From assembly GCF_000195955.2 (NCBI RefSeq), contig NC_000962.3, positions 3,540,001 through 3,572,000 of the forward strand: a DNA stretch of 32,000 bases, given 5' to 3'. This document shows positions 1 through 7,617 of this stretch, in pieces. This stretch comes from Mycobacterium tuberculosis H37Rv (GTDB taxonomy: Bacteria; Actinomycetota; Actinomycetes; Mycobacteriales; Mycobacteriaceae). A program made the position numbers and the translations under genes. Below the pieces are notes generated by a model. The model did no database searches. It was not told the DNA's origin and saw nothing but the letters and a program-made list of their open reading frames with translations. Position 1 is the stretch's first letter, and each line of letters opens with the position of its first letter.

Positions 1-817
1 TGCGGGACTGGCTGATCGGCGTTAGTCGATCACGTACGCCGCCGATCACCAGGGTTGGCACCGTCAGACCATCCAGGTTGAGGTGTGCCGACCCTACTTC
101 CTCGACGAGCATCTTCGCGCAGCCGCCGCGCCCCGCGGCAGACGTCTGGGTGAACAACTCATAGACCAGTCTCGTGGCGCTGGGGTCCGCGTCGGCGGCG
201 ACCGCCAGCGTGGAGATCACGTGCCGGCTTAAGGCCCTGGCCGCGCCGGGGAGTGGAAACCCGCCGAACGTGTTGACCAGGCTCCGGCCGGCCAGCACCC
301 GAACCGGGGACAACTCGCGTGGCACCGACAGCAGTTTCACCTTGCGCACCAGGTCGCCGGTGGTGGTGTTGATCAGCGCGACGGCGTCCGTGCGGCGGCG
401 GACTTTGTGGCGGTAGCGGTCCGACCAGGCGGCAATGGTAATGCCGCCCATCGAGTGCCCAGCGACCACCGCACGCTCGCGCGGGGCCAACGTAGCGTCC
501 AACACCGAATCGAGGTCGGCCGCAAGGTGATTGAGGCTGTAGGCGCCACGCCGTGGGACACCGCTTCGACCGTGGCCGCGATGGTCGAAGGCGATCACCC
601 GGTAGTCGCCGGCCAGGTCGGCGATTTGGTATGCCCAGGCCCGGATGGCGCAGACGAAACCGTGCGTCAGCACAATCGGATAGCCGTGAGGCGGCCCGAA
701 CACCTGGGTGTGTAACGGGGTGCCGTCCGCCGCACGGACGGTCAAGGTGCGGCTAGGCGGTAGGACGTCTGGAATCTGGGTAGCCCCGCTGCTTCGAGTG
801 GGTCTCCGAGCACTCAT
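1..817 (-). CDS. hpx: Alpha/beta hydrolase, non-haem haloperoxidase family; 3' end cut by window
   Basis: Minus-strand frame starting at ATG 817 reads MSARRPTRSSGATQIPDVLPPSRTLTVRAADGTPLHTQVFGPPHGYPIVLTHG...FDHRGHGRS...VVAGHSMGG (GHSMGG nucleophile elbow) and stays open to position 1. Not in the supplied ORF track. Corresponds to Rv3171c by context. Confidence 0.88.
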   Translation of the reverse strand, partial: MSARRPTRSSGATQIPDVLPPSRTLTVRAADGTPLHTQVFGPPHGYPIVLTHGFVCAIRAWAYQIADLAGDYRVIAFDHRGHGRSGVPRRGAYSLNHLAADLDSVLDATLAPRERAVVAGHSMGGITIAAWSDRYRHKVRRRTDAVALINTTTGDLVRKVKLLSVPRELSPVRVLAGRSLVNTFGGFPLPGAARALSRHVISTLAVAADADPSATRLVYELFTQTSAAGRGGCAKMLVEEVGSAHLNLDGLTVPTLVIGGVRDRLTPISQSR

Positions 818-881
818 CGCCGCTCCCCCTTCGACGCGGCCCCGTTGCCGCCTTCCGGATGTCGCCCACTCTAGCGTGCAG

Positions 882-1364
882 TTACTTACGGGTAGCTGGA
901 AATCGCTGAAGCATAGGATCACAGAATAATAACGTCGCGGCCCCTGCTCTCAGCTGGTTTCGCATCGCCAGCCGATCAGTAGTCGTCTCAGTAATCGTCG
1001 AGGGCGGCCACGTTGCGCCAACTCGGCCACGTCGTCTCCCAGATCCGGTGAATTCGGCCGTTGCGGTAGGCGGCAATGAGTACCACCTCGATGCGGGTCG
1101 GCTCCTCGCCAGGTCGCGACGTGGTGATCCACACCCGCCCGGCAACCTTGTCTGGGCCTCTACCCATGCGTGCTCGTCGTATTCGACCGCGTAGCTGATC
1201 GCCGTGGCGTAGAGCTTGCGGTGGCTATCGCGGAATTTTGCGAAGCTCTGGCTCAGCCCGTCGGAGTACATCAGGAAGTCTGGGTCGTAGTAGTGCTCGA
1301 TCAGCTCCGCGTTTTTGGCGACGACCATCCGATCGAACATTTCCCGAAGCAGCGCAACGGACAT
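882..1364 (-). CDS. NTF2-like/SnoaL-type small protein (Rv3172c-like), C-terminus probably altered by a frameshift
   Basis: 160-aa [39 protein letters not shown]... The N-terminal half looks NTF2-like. See the frameshift finding for 988-1155. Confidence 0.7.
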   Translation of the reverse strand: MSVALLREMFDRMVVAKNAELIEHYYDPDFLMYSDGLSQSFAKFRDSHRKLYATAISYAVEYDEHAWVEAQTRLPGGCGSPRRDLARSRPASRWYSLPPTATAEFTGSGRRRGRVGATWPPSTITETTTDRLAMRNQLRAGAATLLFCDPMLQRFPATRK

Positions 1365-1442
1365 TCGGCGATCCTAAACCCTGGCCGCCGGCCATCTCAC
1401 AACGTGAGCGTGGACGAATCCCCATCCATTGCGATGACGAGT

Positions 1443-2045
1443 TCAGACCGGACGGGCCGTTGCCTGATCAATCAGGACCTCCGCTGCCGCTCGGGCGTGC
1501 GCCCAGGGGCCGGCATCGTCGAGGGAGGTGGACAGTGCGGCCGCGCCCTCGAACAGCACGGCGAGTTGATTGCCCAGGCTGCGCGGATGCGCTGCGCCGG
1601 CTTCTCGGGCCAGCCGGGCGAGGCCTTTGATGTAGTCGCGTTTGTGCGAGTGGACGATCCGCTCGACTCCGGGCATCTCCCCGGCCGCCTCGACCGCCGC
1701 GTTGTGGAATGGACAACCTCGCATCCGCCCATCGCCCCTGTTTGGACGATCGAACAATGCGAGCAGCCGCTCGCGTGGTGTCGCGTTGGATGCCTTGGGC
1801 ATCTTGTCGGCCTCGCCGGCGGCTTGCCGGAGCCCGCGCAGGTACTCCTCCACCAACGCGGACTTACTCGGAAAGTGTTGGTAGAGAGTCCGCTTGGATA
1901 CCGAAGCCTTGTTCGCAATCAGTTCGACCCCGGTGGCGTTGATGCCCTCGCAGTAGAACAGCTCTGCAGCCGCCTTCAAGATACGCTGACGAGCGCCGCG
2001 GCCCCCGCGCCTGGGGGGTTCCGTTGTTCTGGTGACCGGCGGCAT
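1443..2045 (-). CDS. TetR/AcrR family transcriptional regulator (Rv3173c-like)
   Basis: MPPVTRTTEPPRRGGRGARQRILKAAAELFYCEGINATGVELIANKASVSKRTLYQHFPSKSALVEEYL: typical TetR HTH. 200 aa from the ATG at 2045. Confidence 0.93.
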   Translation of the reverse strand: MPPVTRTTEPPRRGGRGARQRILKAAAELFYCEGINATGVELIANKASVSKRTLYQHFPSKSALVEEYLRGLRQAAGEADKMPKASNATPRERLLALFDRPNRGDGRMRGCPFHNAAVEAAGEMPGVERIVHSHKRDYIKGLARLAREAGAAHPRSLGNQLAVLFEGAAALSTSLDDAGPWAHARAAAEVLIDQATARPV

Positions 2046-2053
2046 AGTGCTGA

Positions 2054-2071
2054 GTATACCGACCTGTTTAC
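2054..2071. promoter_or_regulatory. Candidate TetR operator O1 (GTATACCGACCTGTTTAC)
   Basis: 18-bp imperfect palindrome matching three other copies, located between the divergent TetR and SDR genes. Confidence 0.7.
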
Positions 2072-2106
2072 AACACCCCTTAGCGCGTGTACCGTCAAAG
2101 CACAAA

Positions 2107-2124
2107 GTACACCAATCGGTTTAC
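2107..2124. promoter_or_regulatory. Candidate TetR operator O2 (GTACACCAATCGGTTTAC)
   Basis: Same 18-bp motif, just upstream of the RBS-like GTAGGAGG of the SDR gene. Confidence 0.7.
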
Positions 2125-2137
2125 TGTAGGAGGTCTC

Positions 2138-2845
2138 ATGACTTCACTAGCCGAGCGGACCGTGCTCGTCACCGGCGCCAACCGCGGCATGGGCCGCGAA
2201 TACGTCGCTCAGCTTCTCGGTCGCAAAGTGGCAAAGGTCTATGCCGCTACCCGCAACCCGCTGGCAATCGACGTTAGCGATCCGCGCGTGATTCCGCTCC
2301 AACTCGACGTCACCGACGCGGTGTCGGTCGCCGAGGCAGCCGACTTAGCAACCGATGTCGGCATTCTGATCAACAATGCCGGCATCTCCCGGGCGTCCTC
2401 GGTGCTCGACAAGGACACATCCGCGCTTCGCGGCGAGCTGGAGACGAACCTGTTCGGACCGCTCGCGCTGGCCTCCGCGTTCGCCGACCGCATCGCCGAG
2501 AGATCCGGTGCCATCGTCAACGTTTCCTCGGTACTCGCCTGGCTTCCCCTTGGCATGAGCTATGGAGTGTCCAAGGCGGCGATGTGGAGCGCGACGGAGT
2601 CGATGCGTATCGAGCTGGCGCCGCGCGGTGTGCAGGTGGTGGGCGTCTACGTGGGGCTGGTCGACACCGACATGGGTCGATTCGCCGACGCGCCGAAGTC
2701 CGATCCTGCCGATGTGGTCCGCCAGGTGCTCGACGGAATAGAGGCTGGCAAGGAGGACGTGCTGGCCGACGAGATGAGCCGTCAGGTGCGCGCGTCGCTG
2801 AATGTCCCTGCGCGGGAACGTATCGCGCGGTTGATGGGTAACTGA
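2138..2845 (+). CDS. Short-chain dehydrogenase/reductase (Rv3174-like)
   Basis: MTSLAERTVLVTGANRGMGREYV..., TGxxxGxG motif, LINNAG, and S...YGVSK. 235 aa from ATG 2138, preceded by AGGAGG. Confidence 0.93.
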   Translation: MTSLAERTVLVTGANRGMGREYVAQLLGRKVAKVYAATRNPLAIDVSDPRVIPLQLDVTDAVSVAEAADLATDVGILINNAGISRASSVLDKDTSALRGELETNLFGPLALASAFADRIAERSGAIVNVSSVLAWLPLGMSYGVSKAAMWSATESMRIELAPRGVQVVGVYVGLVDTDMGRFADAPKSDPADVVRQVLDGIEAGKEDVLADEMSRQVRASLNVPARERIARLMGN

Positions 2846-2859
2846 GTCCGAAAGTCGAT

Positions 2860-4347
2860 ATGGCCATGTCCGCCAAGGCCTCAGACGATATTGCCTGGCT
2901 ACCGGCGACCGCTCAACTCGCGGTGCTCGCCGCCAAGAAGGTGTCCAGCGCGGAGTTAGTCGAGCTGTATCTTTCCCGAATCGACACGTACAACGCGTCG
3001 CTCAACGCGATCGTCACCGTTGACCCCGACGCCGCCCGACGCGTCGCCAAGCGGTCCGATGCGGCACGAGCCCGCGGCGACGAACTCGGCCCGTTGCATG
3101 GGTTGCCGATCACCGTCAAGGACAGCTATGAGACGGCCGGCATGCGCACGACCTGCGGTCGCCGCGACCTTGCCGACTATGTACCCACCCAGGACGCCGA
3201 GGCGGTCGCCCGGTTGCGCCGGGCCGGCGCGATCATCATGGGCAAGACAAACATGCCCACCGGCAACCAGGACGTCCAGGCCAGCAATCCGGTCTTCGGC
3301 CGCACCAACAACCCATGGGACGCCGCGCGCACGTCCGGCGGCTCGGCCGGCGGCGGGGCGGCCGCCACCGCGGCCGGGCTGACCAGCTTCGACTACGGCT
3401 CGGAGATCGGCGGCTCTACCAGGATCCCGGCTCATTACTGCGGTCTGTACGGCCACAAATCGACCTGGCGCTCGGTTCCTCTGGTCGGGCACATTCCCAG
3501 CGCACCAGGTAATCCCGGGCGATGGGGGCAAGCCGACATGGCCTGCGCGGGCGTGCAGGTGCGCGGTGCCCGCGACATCATCCCCGCACTGGAGGCGACC
3601 GTCGGGCCGATGCGGGCGGACGGAGGATTCTCGTATGCGCTCGCTCCGCCACGAGCCGGCGCGCTCAAAGACTTCCGGGTCGCGGTCTGGGCCGAGGACC
3701 CGCATTGCCCAATTGACGCCGACGTGCGTCGGGCCATGGATGATGCTGTCGCCGCGCTGCGCGCCGCGGGCGCACACGTCGTTGAGCAGCCCGCCACCAT
3801 CCCGGTCGATATGGCGGTGTCGCACAACATCTTCCAGAGTCTGGTGTTCGGCGCCTTCGCTGTCGACCGGTCCACCCTCAGCCCAGCCTCCGCCGCCGCG
3901 CTCGGATTACGCGCGGTTCGGCATCCTCGGGGCGAAGCCGCCAACGCCCTGGGTGCGACGCTACAGAGCCACCGTGCGTGGTTGTTCGCCGATGCGGCGC
4001 GCCACGAAATGCGCGACCGGTGGGCCGGATTCTTCAACGAGTTCGACGTGCTGCTCCTGCCCGTCACGCCCACCCCCGCGCCGCTCCACCACAACAAGGA
4101 CCACGACCGGTTGGGCCGCACCATCGACGTCGACGGCGTCTCACGATCGTACTGGGACCAACTCAAATGGAACGCGCTGGCCAACATCGCCGGCACCCCG
4201 GCCACCACCATGCCCATCACCACCACAGCTACCGGACTCCCGATCGGCATCCAGGCGATGGGGCCCGCGGGCGGAGACCGCACCACCGTAGAGTTCGCCG
4301 CCCTGCTCACCGAAGTCCTAGGCGGCTTCCGCGTTCCCCCTCTTTAG
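2860..4347 (+). CDS. Amidase signature family protein (Rv3175-like)
   Basis: 495 aa. GLPITVKDSYETAGMRTTCG...GRTNNPWDAARTSGGSAGGGAAATAAGLTSFDYGSEIGGSTRIPAHYCGLYGHKST: amidase signature with Ser-Ser-Lys features. Confidence 0.95.
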   Translation: MAMSAKASDDIAWLPATAQLAVLAAKKVSSAELVELYLSRIDTYNASLNAIVTVDPDAARRVAKRSDAARARGDELGPLHGLPITVKDSYETAGMRTTCGRRDLADYVPTQDAEAVARLRRAGAIIMGKTNMPTGNQDVQASNPVFGRTNNPWDAARTSGGSAGGGAAATAAGLTSFDYGSEIGGSTRIPAHYCGLYGHKSTWRSVPLVGHIPSAPGNPGRWGQADMACAGVQVRGARDIIPALEATVGPMRADGGFSYALAPPRAGALKDFRVAVWAEDPHCPIDADVRRAMDDAVAALRAAGAHVVEQPATIPVDMAVSHNIFQSLVFGAFAVDRSTLSPASAAALGLRAVRHPRGEAANALGATLQSHRAWLFADAARHEMRDRWAGFFNEFDVLLLPVTPTPAPLHHNKDHDRLGRTIDVDGVSRSYWDQLKWNALANIAGTPATTMPITTTATGLPIGIQAMGPAGGDRTTVEFAALLTEVLGGFRVPPL

Positions 4348-5300
4348 GAACGCTCGGGCAGGGCCGCAATAACCTCGGCGAGCCGATCGGGCTGCTCCGC
4401 TGTCGTCAGGTGGCCGCCCGCAAGCTCGGTGATTTCCACCGAATCCGCAAGCCGCTCTCGGGCGAGCCGCAGTTGCTCTCCCTCGAATGGATCCTCGGCG
4501 CTGCCCACCACACCAAAGGCGACCTCATCGCCCAGCGCCGAAATGATCCGCGCCAGGTCCCAGCGCGCTGCGTGCTCGCGATGCTCGTCCACGAAGCCCG
4601 CCGTGGCGGGCAGCACGCGCACGCCGTCGCGCCGGCTGATCGCGTCGTGGAGCTCCTTCATCTCCGCTGCGCTTAATGGGTATCCGCGCGAGAAGACGGG
4701 GCGCAAGAATGGGGCGAACATGCGCCATGAGCGCTGGCCGATCGGCGTGATCGCCGCGCCGAGCGGCGATGTGAGCAGCGGCGTCGTATACCAGGCGTGG
4801 GTGTGGCCGTCGGCAAAGATGCCGCCGTTGGCGAGCAGGCAAGCCGTGATTCGGGTCCGCTGATCGTTTCCCGCCCGCTCGCGATCGATCCGCCGCGCCA
4901 GCAGCTCAAGGCTGACGATGCAGGAGTAGTCGAAGGCAACGACGACGGTCTGCGCTATCCCCTCGGCGTGCCAGAGGGCTTCGACGAGATCCGCGCGCTC
5001 GAAGGTCGAGTACGGGTAATCCCGGGGTTTGTCGGAGTCGCCGTGGCCGATGTAGTCCAGGTAGATGCGGGGGAAGTGGAATCGCGAGCTCAAGAAAGCT
5101 TCCACCTTCGCCCAACCGTAGGAACCATCCGGCCAGCCAGGCAGGAACGTTCGCGTGACCCCCGTCCCAGCAGCGCGCCGTATGAACGCGCGCAGCGGCG
5201 AACGTGGGTTGATGCCCGGCCGCTCAGCGTCGTAGCCCACCCTCTCCCCAGCGGAGAACCACTCCTGTGCGCTGATGAGCGCGCTCGCCCGGTGCGTCAT
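4344..5300 (-). CDS. mesT: Alpha/beta hydrolase, epoxide hydrolase-like
   Basis: 318 aa from the ATG at 5300: FPRIYLDYIGHGDSDKP...VVVAFDYSCIVSLELLARR. Matches Rv3176c in order and length. Tail-to-tail 4-bp overlap with the amidase stop. Confidence 0.85.
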   Translation of the reverse strand: MTHRASALISAQEWFSAGERVGYDAERPGINPRSPLRAFIRRAAGTGVTRTFLPGWPDGSYGWAKVEAFLSSRFHFPRIYLDYIGHGDSDKPRDYPYSTFERADLVEALWHAEGIAQTVVVAFDYSCIVSLELLARRIDRERAGNDQRTRITACLLANGGIFADGHTHAWYTTPLLTSPLGAAITPIGQRSWRMFAPFLRPVFSRGYPLSAAEMKELHDAISRRDGVRVLPATAGFVDEHREHAARWDLARIISALGDEVAFGVVGSAEDPFEGEQLRLARERLADSVEITELAGGHLTTAEQPDRLAEVIAALPERS

Positions 5301-5364
5301 CGCGCGCTCGCTAGCCGTTGGCGGAGGTTGTCGAGGTCCATGTCGGTGCATCTCCGCAACCAAA

Positions 5365-5382
5365 GTACACCGATAAGTTTAC
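5365..5382. promoter_or_regulatory. Candidate TetR operator O3 (GTACACCGATAAGTTTAC)
   Basis: Same 18-bp palindrome between divergent mesT-like and Rv3177-like genes. Confidence 0.7.
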
Positions 5383-5391
5383 GTGTCGCAT

Positions 5392-5414
5392 TAACCGATG
5401 TACAGTGTCGGTTA
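5392..5414. promoter_or_regulatory. Inverted repeat TAACCGA-N9-TCGGTTA in the divergent promoter region
   Basis: Sequence TAACCGATGTACAGTGTCGGTTA, lying between operators O3 and O4. Confidence 0.5.
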
Positions 5415-5417
5415 TAA

Positions 5418-5435
5418 GTACACCGATCAGTATAC
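5418..5435. promoter_or_regulatory. Candidate TetR operator O4 (GTACACCGATCAGTATAC)
   Basis: The most symmetric copy of the 18-bp motif, just upstream of AAGGAG and the GTG start at 5447. Confidence 0.72.
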
Positions 5436-5446
5436 AAGGAGTCGGC

Positions 5447-6307
5447 GTGCCCCAGAGACAGGCCGGCGACATCGGCGCGACATACCAGGACGCGCCCACG
5501 AAGAGCATCAATGTGGGCGGAACGCGTTTTGTCTACCGGCGGCTCGGTGCTGATGCCGGCGTGCCGGTGATCTTTCTGCACCACTTGGGCGCGGTCTTAG
5601 ACAACTGGGATCCACGGGTCGTCGACGGCATCGCCGCCAAGCATCCAGTGGTCACTTTCGACAACCGCGGTGTCGGCGCTTCGGAAGGCCAGACGCCGGA
5701 CACCGTGACCACCATGGCCGACGATGCGATCGCCTTTGTCCGTGCCCTGGGGTTCGATCAGGTTGATCTCCTTGGATTCTCGTTGGGCGGCTTCGTCGCG
5801 CAGGTGATCGCGCAGCAAGAACCGCAGCTCGTTCGCAAGATCATCCTCGCGGGTACCGGACCGGCCGGTGGTGTCGGCATCGGCAAGGTTACTTTCGGGA
5901 CGATCCGCGAGAGCATCAAGGCCACACTGACTTTCAGGGATCCCAAGGAGTTGCGGTTCTTCACGCGAACCGACAGCGGCAAATCGGCGGCGCGACAGTT
6001 CGTGAAGCGGCTCAAGGAACGGAAGGACAATCGCGACAAATCGATTACAGTGCGCGCGTTCCGCTCCCAGCTCAAGGCCATCCATGCATGGGGCACGCAA
6101 AAGCCTTCGGACTTGACGAGCATCGGCCATCCGGTCCTGATCGCAAACGGTGACGACGACACGATGGTGCCCACCAGCAACTCGTTGGACCTCGCTGACC
6201 GGCTGCCCGACGCCACGCTGCGCATCTATCCCGACGCCGGCCACGGCGGGATATTCCAGCACCACGCACAGTTTGTGGACGATGCCCTGCAGTTTCTCGA
6301 GTCGTGA
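5447..6307 (+). CDS. Alpha/beta hydrolase, peroxidase-like (Rv3177-like)
   Basis: 286 aa from GTG 5447: PVIFLHHLGAVLDNWDPRVVDGIAAKHPVVTFDNRGVGAS...VDLLGFSLGGFVAQ, catalytic DAGHGG. Confidence 0.92.
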   Translation: MPQRQAGDIGATYQDAPTKSINVGGTRFVYRRLGADAGVPVIFLHHLGAVLDNWDPRVVDGIAAKHPVVTFDNRGVGASEGQTPDTVTTMADDAIAFVRALGFDQVDLLGFSLGGFVAQVIAQQEPQLVRKIILAGTGPAGGVGIGKVTFGTIRESIKATLTFRDPKELRFFTRTDSGKSAARQFVKRLKERKDNRDKSITVRAFRSQLKAIHAWGTQKPSDLTSIGHPVLIANGDDDTMVPTSNSLDLADRLPDATLRIYPDAGHGGIFQHHAQFVDDALQFLES

Positions 6308-6437
6308 AGCGATTTCGCATGACCACCAAAGCCACGCCCAGACCAGTTGGATTCGCCGCTCCTCCCCACCGTTTCGCGGTATCGGCAGAGCGCACCCATG
6401 GATCTATCACCGCACCGGCGGACGAGTCGGCTGCAAG

Positions 6438-6797
6438 TTGCGACTCGGCGCCGGATTCCGCAAACCGGTGCCGACACTGCTACTCGAACACCGGAGCCGC
6501 AAGTCCGGCAAGAACTTCGTCGCACCACTGCTTTACATCACCGACCGTAACAATGTCATCGTCGTTGCCTCTGCCCTTGGGCAGGCAGAAAACCCGCAGT
6601 GGTATCGCAACCTGCCGCCCAATCCCGACACCCACATTCAGATCGGATCCGATCGCCGCCCGGTGAGAGCCGTCGTGGCCAGCTCGGACGAGCGGGCGCG
6701 CCTATGGCCGCGCCCAGTAGACGCCTACGCCGACTTCGATTCTTGCCAAAGCTGGACCGAGCGTGGGATTCCGGTGATCATCTTGCGGCCACGCTAA
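6438..6797 (+). CDS. Deazaflavin-dependent nitroreductase-family protein, probably 5'-truncated or frameshifted (Rv3178-like)
   Basis: LRLGAGFRKPVPTLLLEHRSRKSGKNFVAPLLYITDRNNVIVVASALGQAENPQWYRNLPPNPDTHIQIGS resembles the Ddn family (GRKSG...PLLY...NPxWYxNLxxNP). TTG start inferred from remembered length of 119 aa. Confidence 0.7.
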   Translation: MRLGAGFRKPVPTLLLEHRSRKSGKNFVAPLLYITDRNNVIVVASALGQAENPQWYRNLPPNPDTHIQIGSDRRPVRAVVASSDERARLWPRPVDAYADFDSCQSWTERGIPVIILRPR

Positions 6798-6880
6798 TAG
6801 GCGTCGGCCTGCTCCGCGTGGTCGAGCGATCCCGGTGCGGTTACCCGCTACGGGGTGCTTTCGGCACCGCGATCGGCTAG

Positions 6881-7024
6881 GCCACCGAGGGAGCAGACAT
6901 CGAATACAGCGGCCGAATCAAGTCGCTGGACCCGGCAACTCCCACGGGTGTCGTCACCGTCGCCGCGATGACTGGCGGCCGGAAGACCTTTGGCCAGGCG
7001 ACGTTGAACGTCCGCTTCCGCTGA
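6881..7024 (+). pseudogene. Possible MaoC-like dehydratase C-terminal remnant
   Basis: Frame ATEGADIEYSGRIKSLDPATPTGVVTVAAMTGGRKTFGQATLNVRFR* is preceded immediately by an in-frame stop. Resembles a MaoC/hot-dog C-terminus, but short. Confidence 0.3.
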
Positions 7025-7503
7025 CCCGGCGGCCTGGTGACGGCGGCCGAGGACAAAGAAGAGCGGCTTCGGCTGTCCGGAACCCGGATCGAACTCGAGG
7101 AGCTACTTCAGCTTCCGGTCGATGTTGCGTACGAGGGCCTGTTGACGGACGACGTTTCCGAATCCGTTCGCAAAAAGCTCATTACGCTACGAGCCGGTCC
7201 CTCAAGAACCGCCTGCTCGAATCTGCGCAACCCCGCTGGCGTTGGGGCGGACGACGGTGCTCGGCGTGATGTGGTGCACCAAAGGGACATTGCCGACGGA
7301 ACTGGCGTTGAGCCAGCAACACACCGTTGATCGCATGAGTGATGTCCACCCAACCGCGGTCACCGACAACGGGGATCCAGTCGGGATCATCGCTGGCATA
7401 AGGATATCGGCCTGCACCGGCATTGTGTGCTCACGGCCATCGCTGCCTGGGACCAATCACCAGCCCCTGGAAGGTCGACTACAGCCACAAGCCCGACGAT
7501 GGT

Positions 7504-7613
7504 CGACAGATCAAGATACGTCTTTCGACAAAACAAGATCCAATGGTCGACAAAACAGGACAAACTATTCGACAAATCGGGATCAGATGTACGACAAAAC
7601 AGGAGTACTTTGA
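7504..7613 (+). repeat. Five direct repeats (iterons) with exact 22-bp period
   Basis: Units begin CGACA at 7504, 7526, 7548, 7570, 7592: CGACAGATCAAGATACGTCTTT / CGACAAAACAAGATCCAATGGT / CGACAAAACAGGACAAACTATT / CGACAAATCGGGATCAGATGTA / CGACAAAACAGGAGTACTTTGA. Confidence 0.8.
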
Positions 7614-7617
7614 CGTT

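Noticed and set aside
1170-2129. 319-aa plus-strand ORF opposite the TetR gene
   Set aside because: It is antisense to a clear TetR domain gene and its translation has no recognisable family pattern; a GC-rich shadow ORF.
2956-3825. 289-aa minus-strand ORF opposite the amidase
   Set aside because: Antisense shadow of a strong amidase CDS.
7504-7613. 22-bp periodic repeats as a mini-CRISPR
   Set aside because: Units are contiguous with no unique spacers and degenerate within each unit; iterons fit better. No CRISPR array seen elsewhere.
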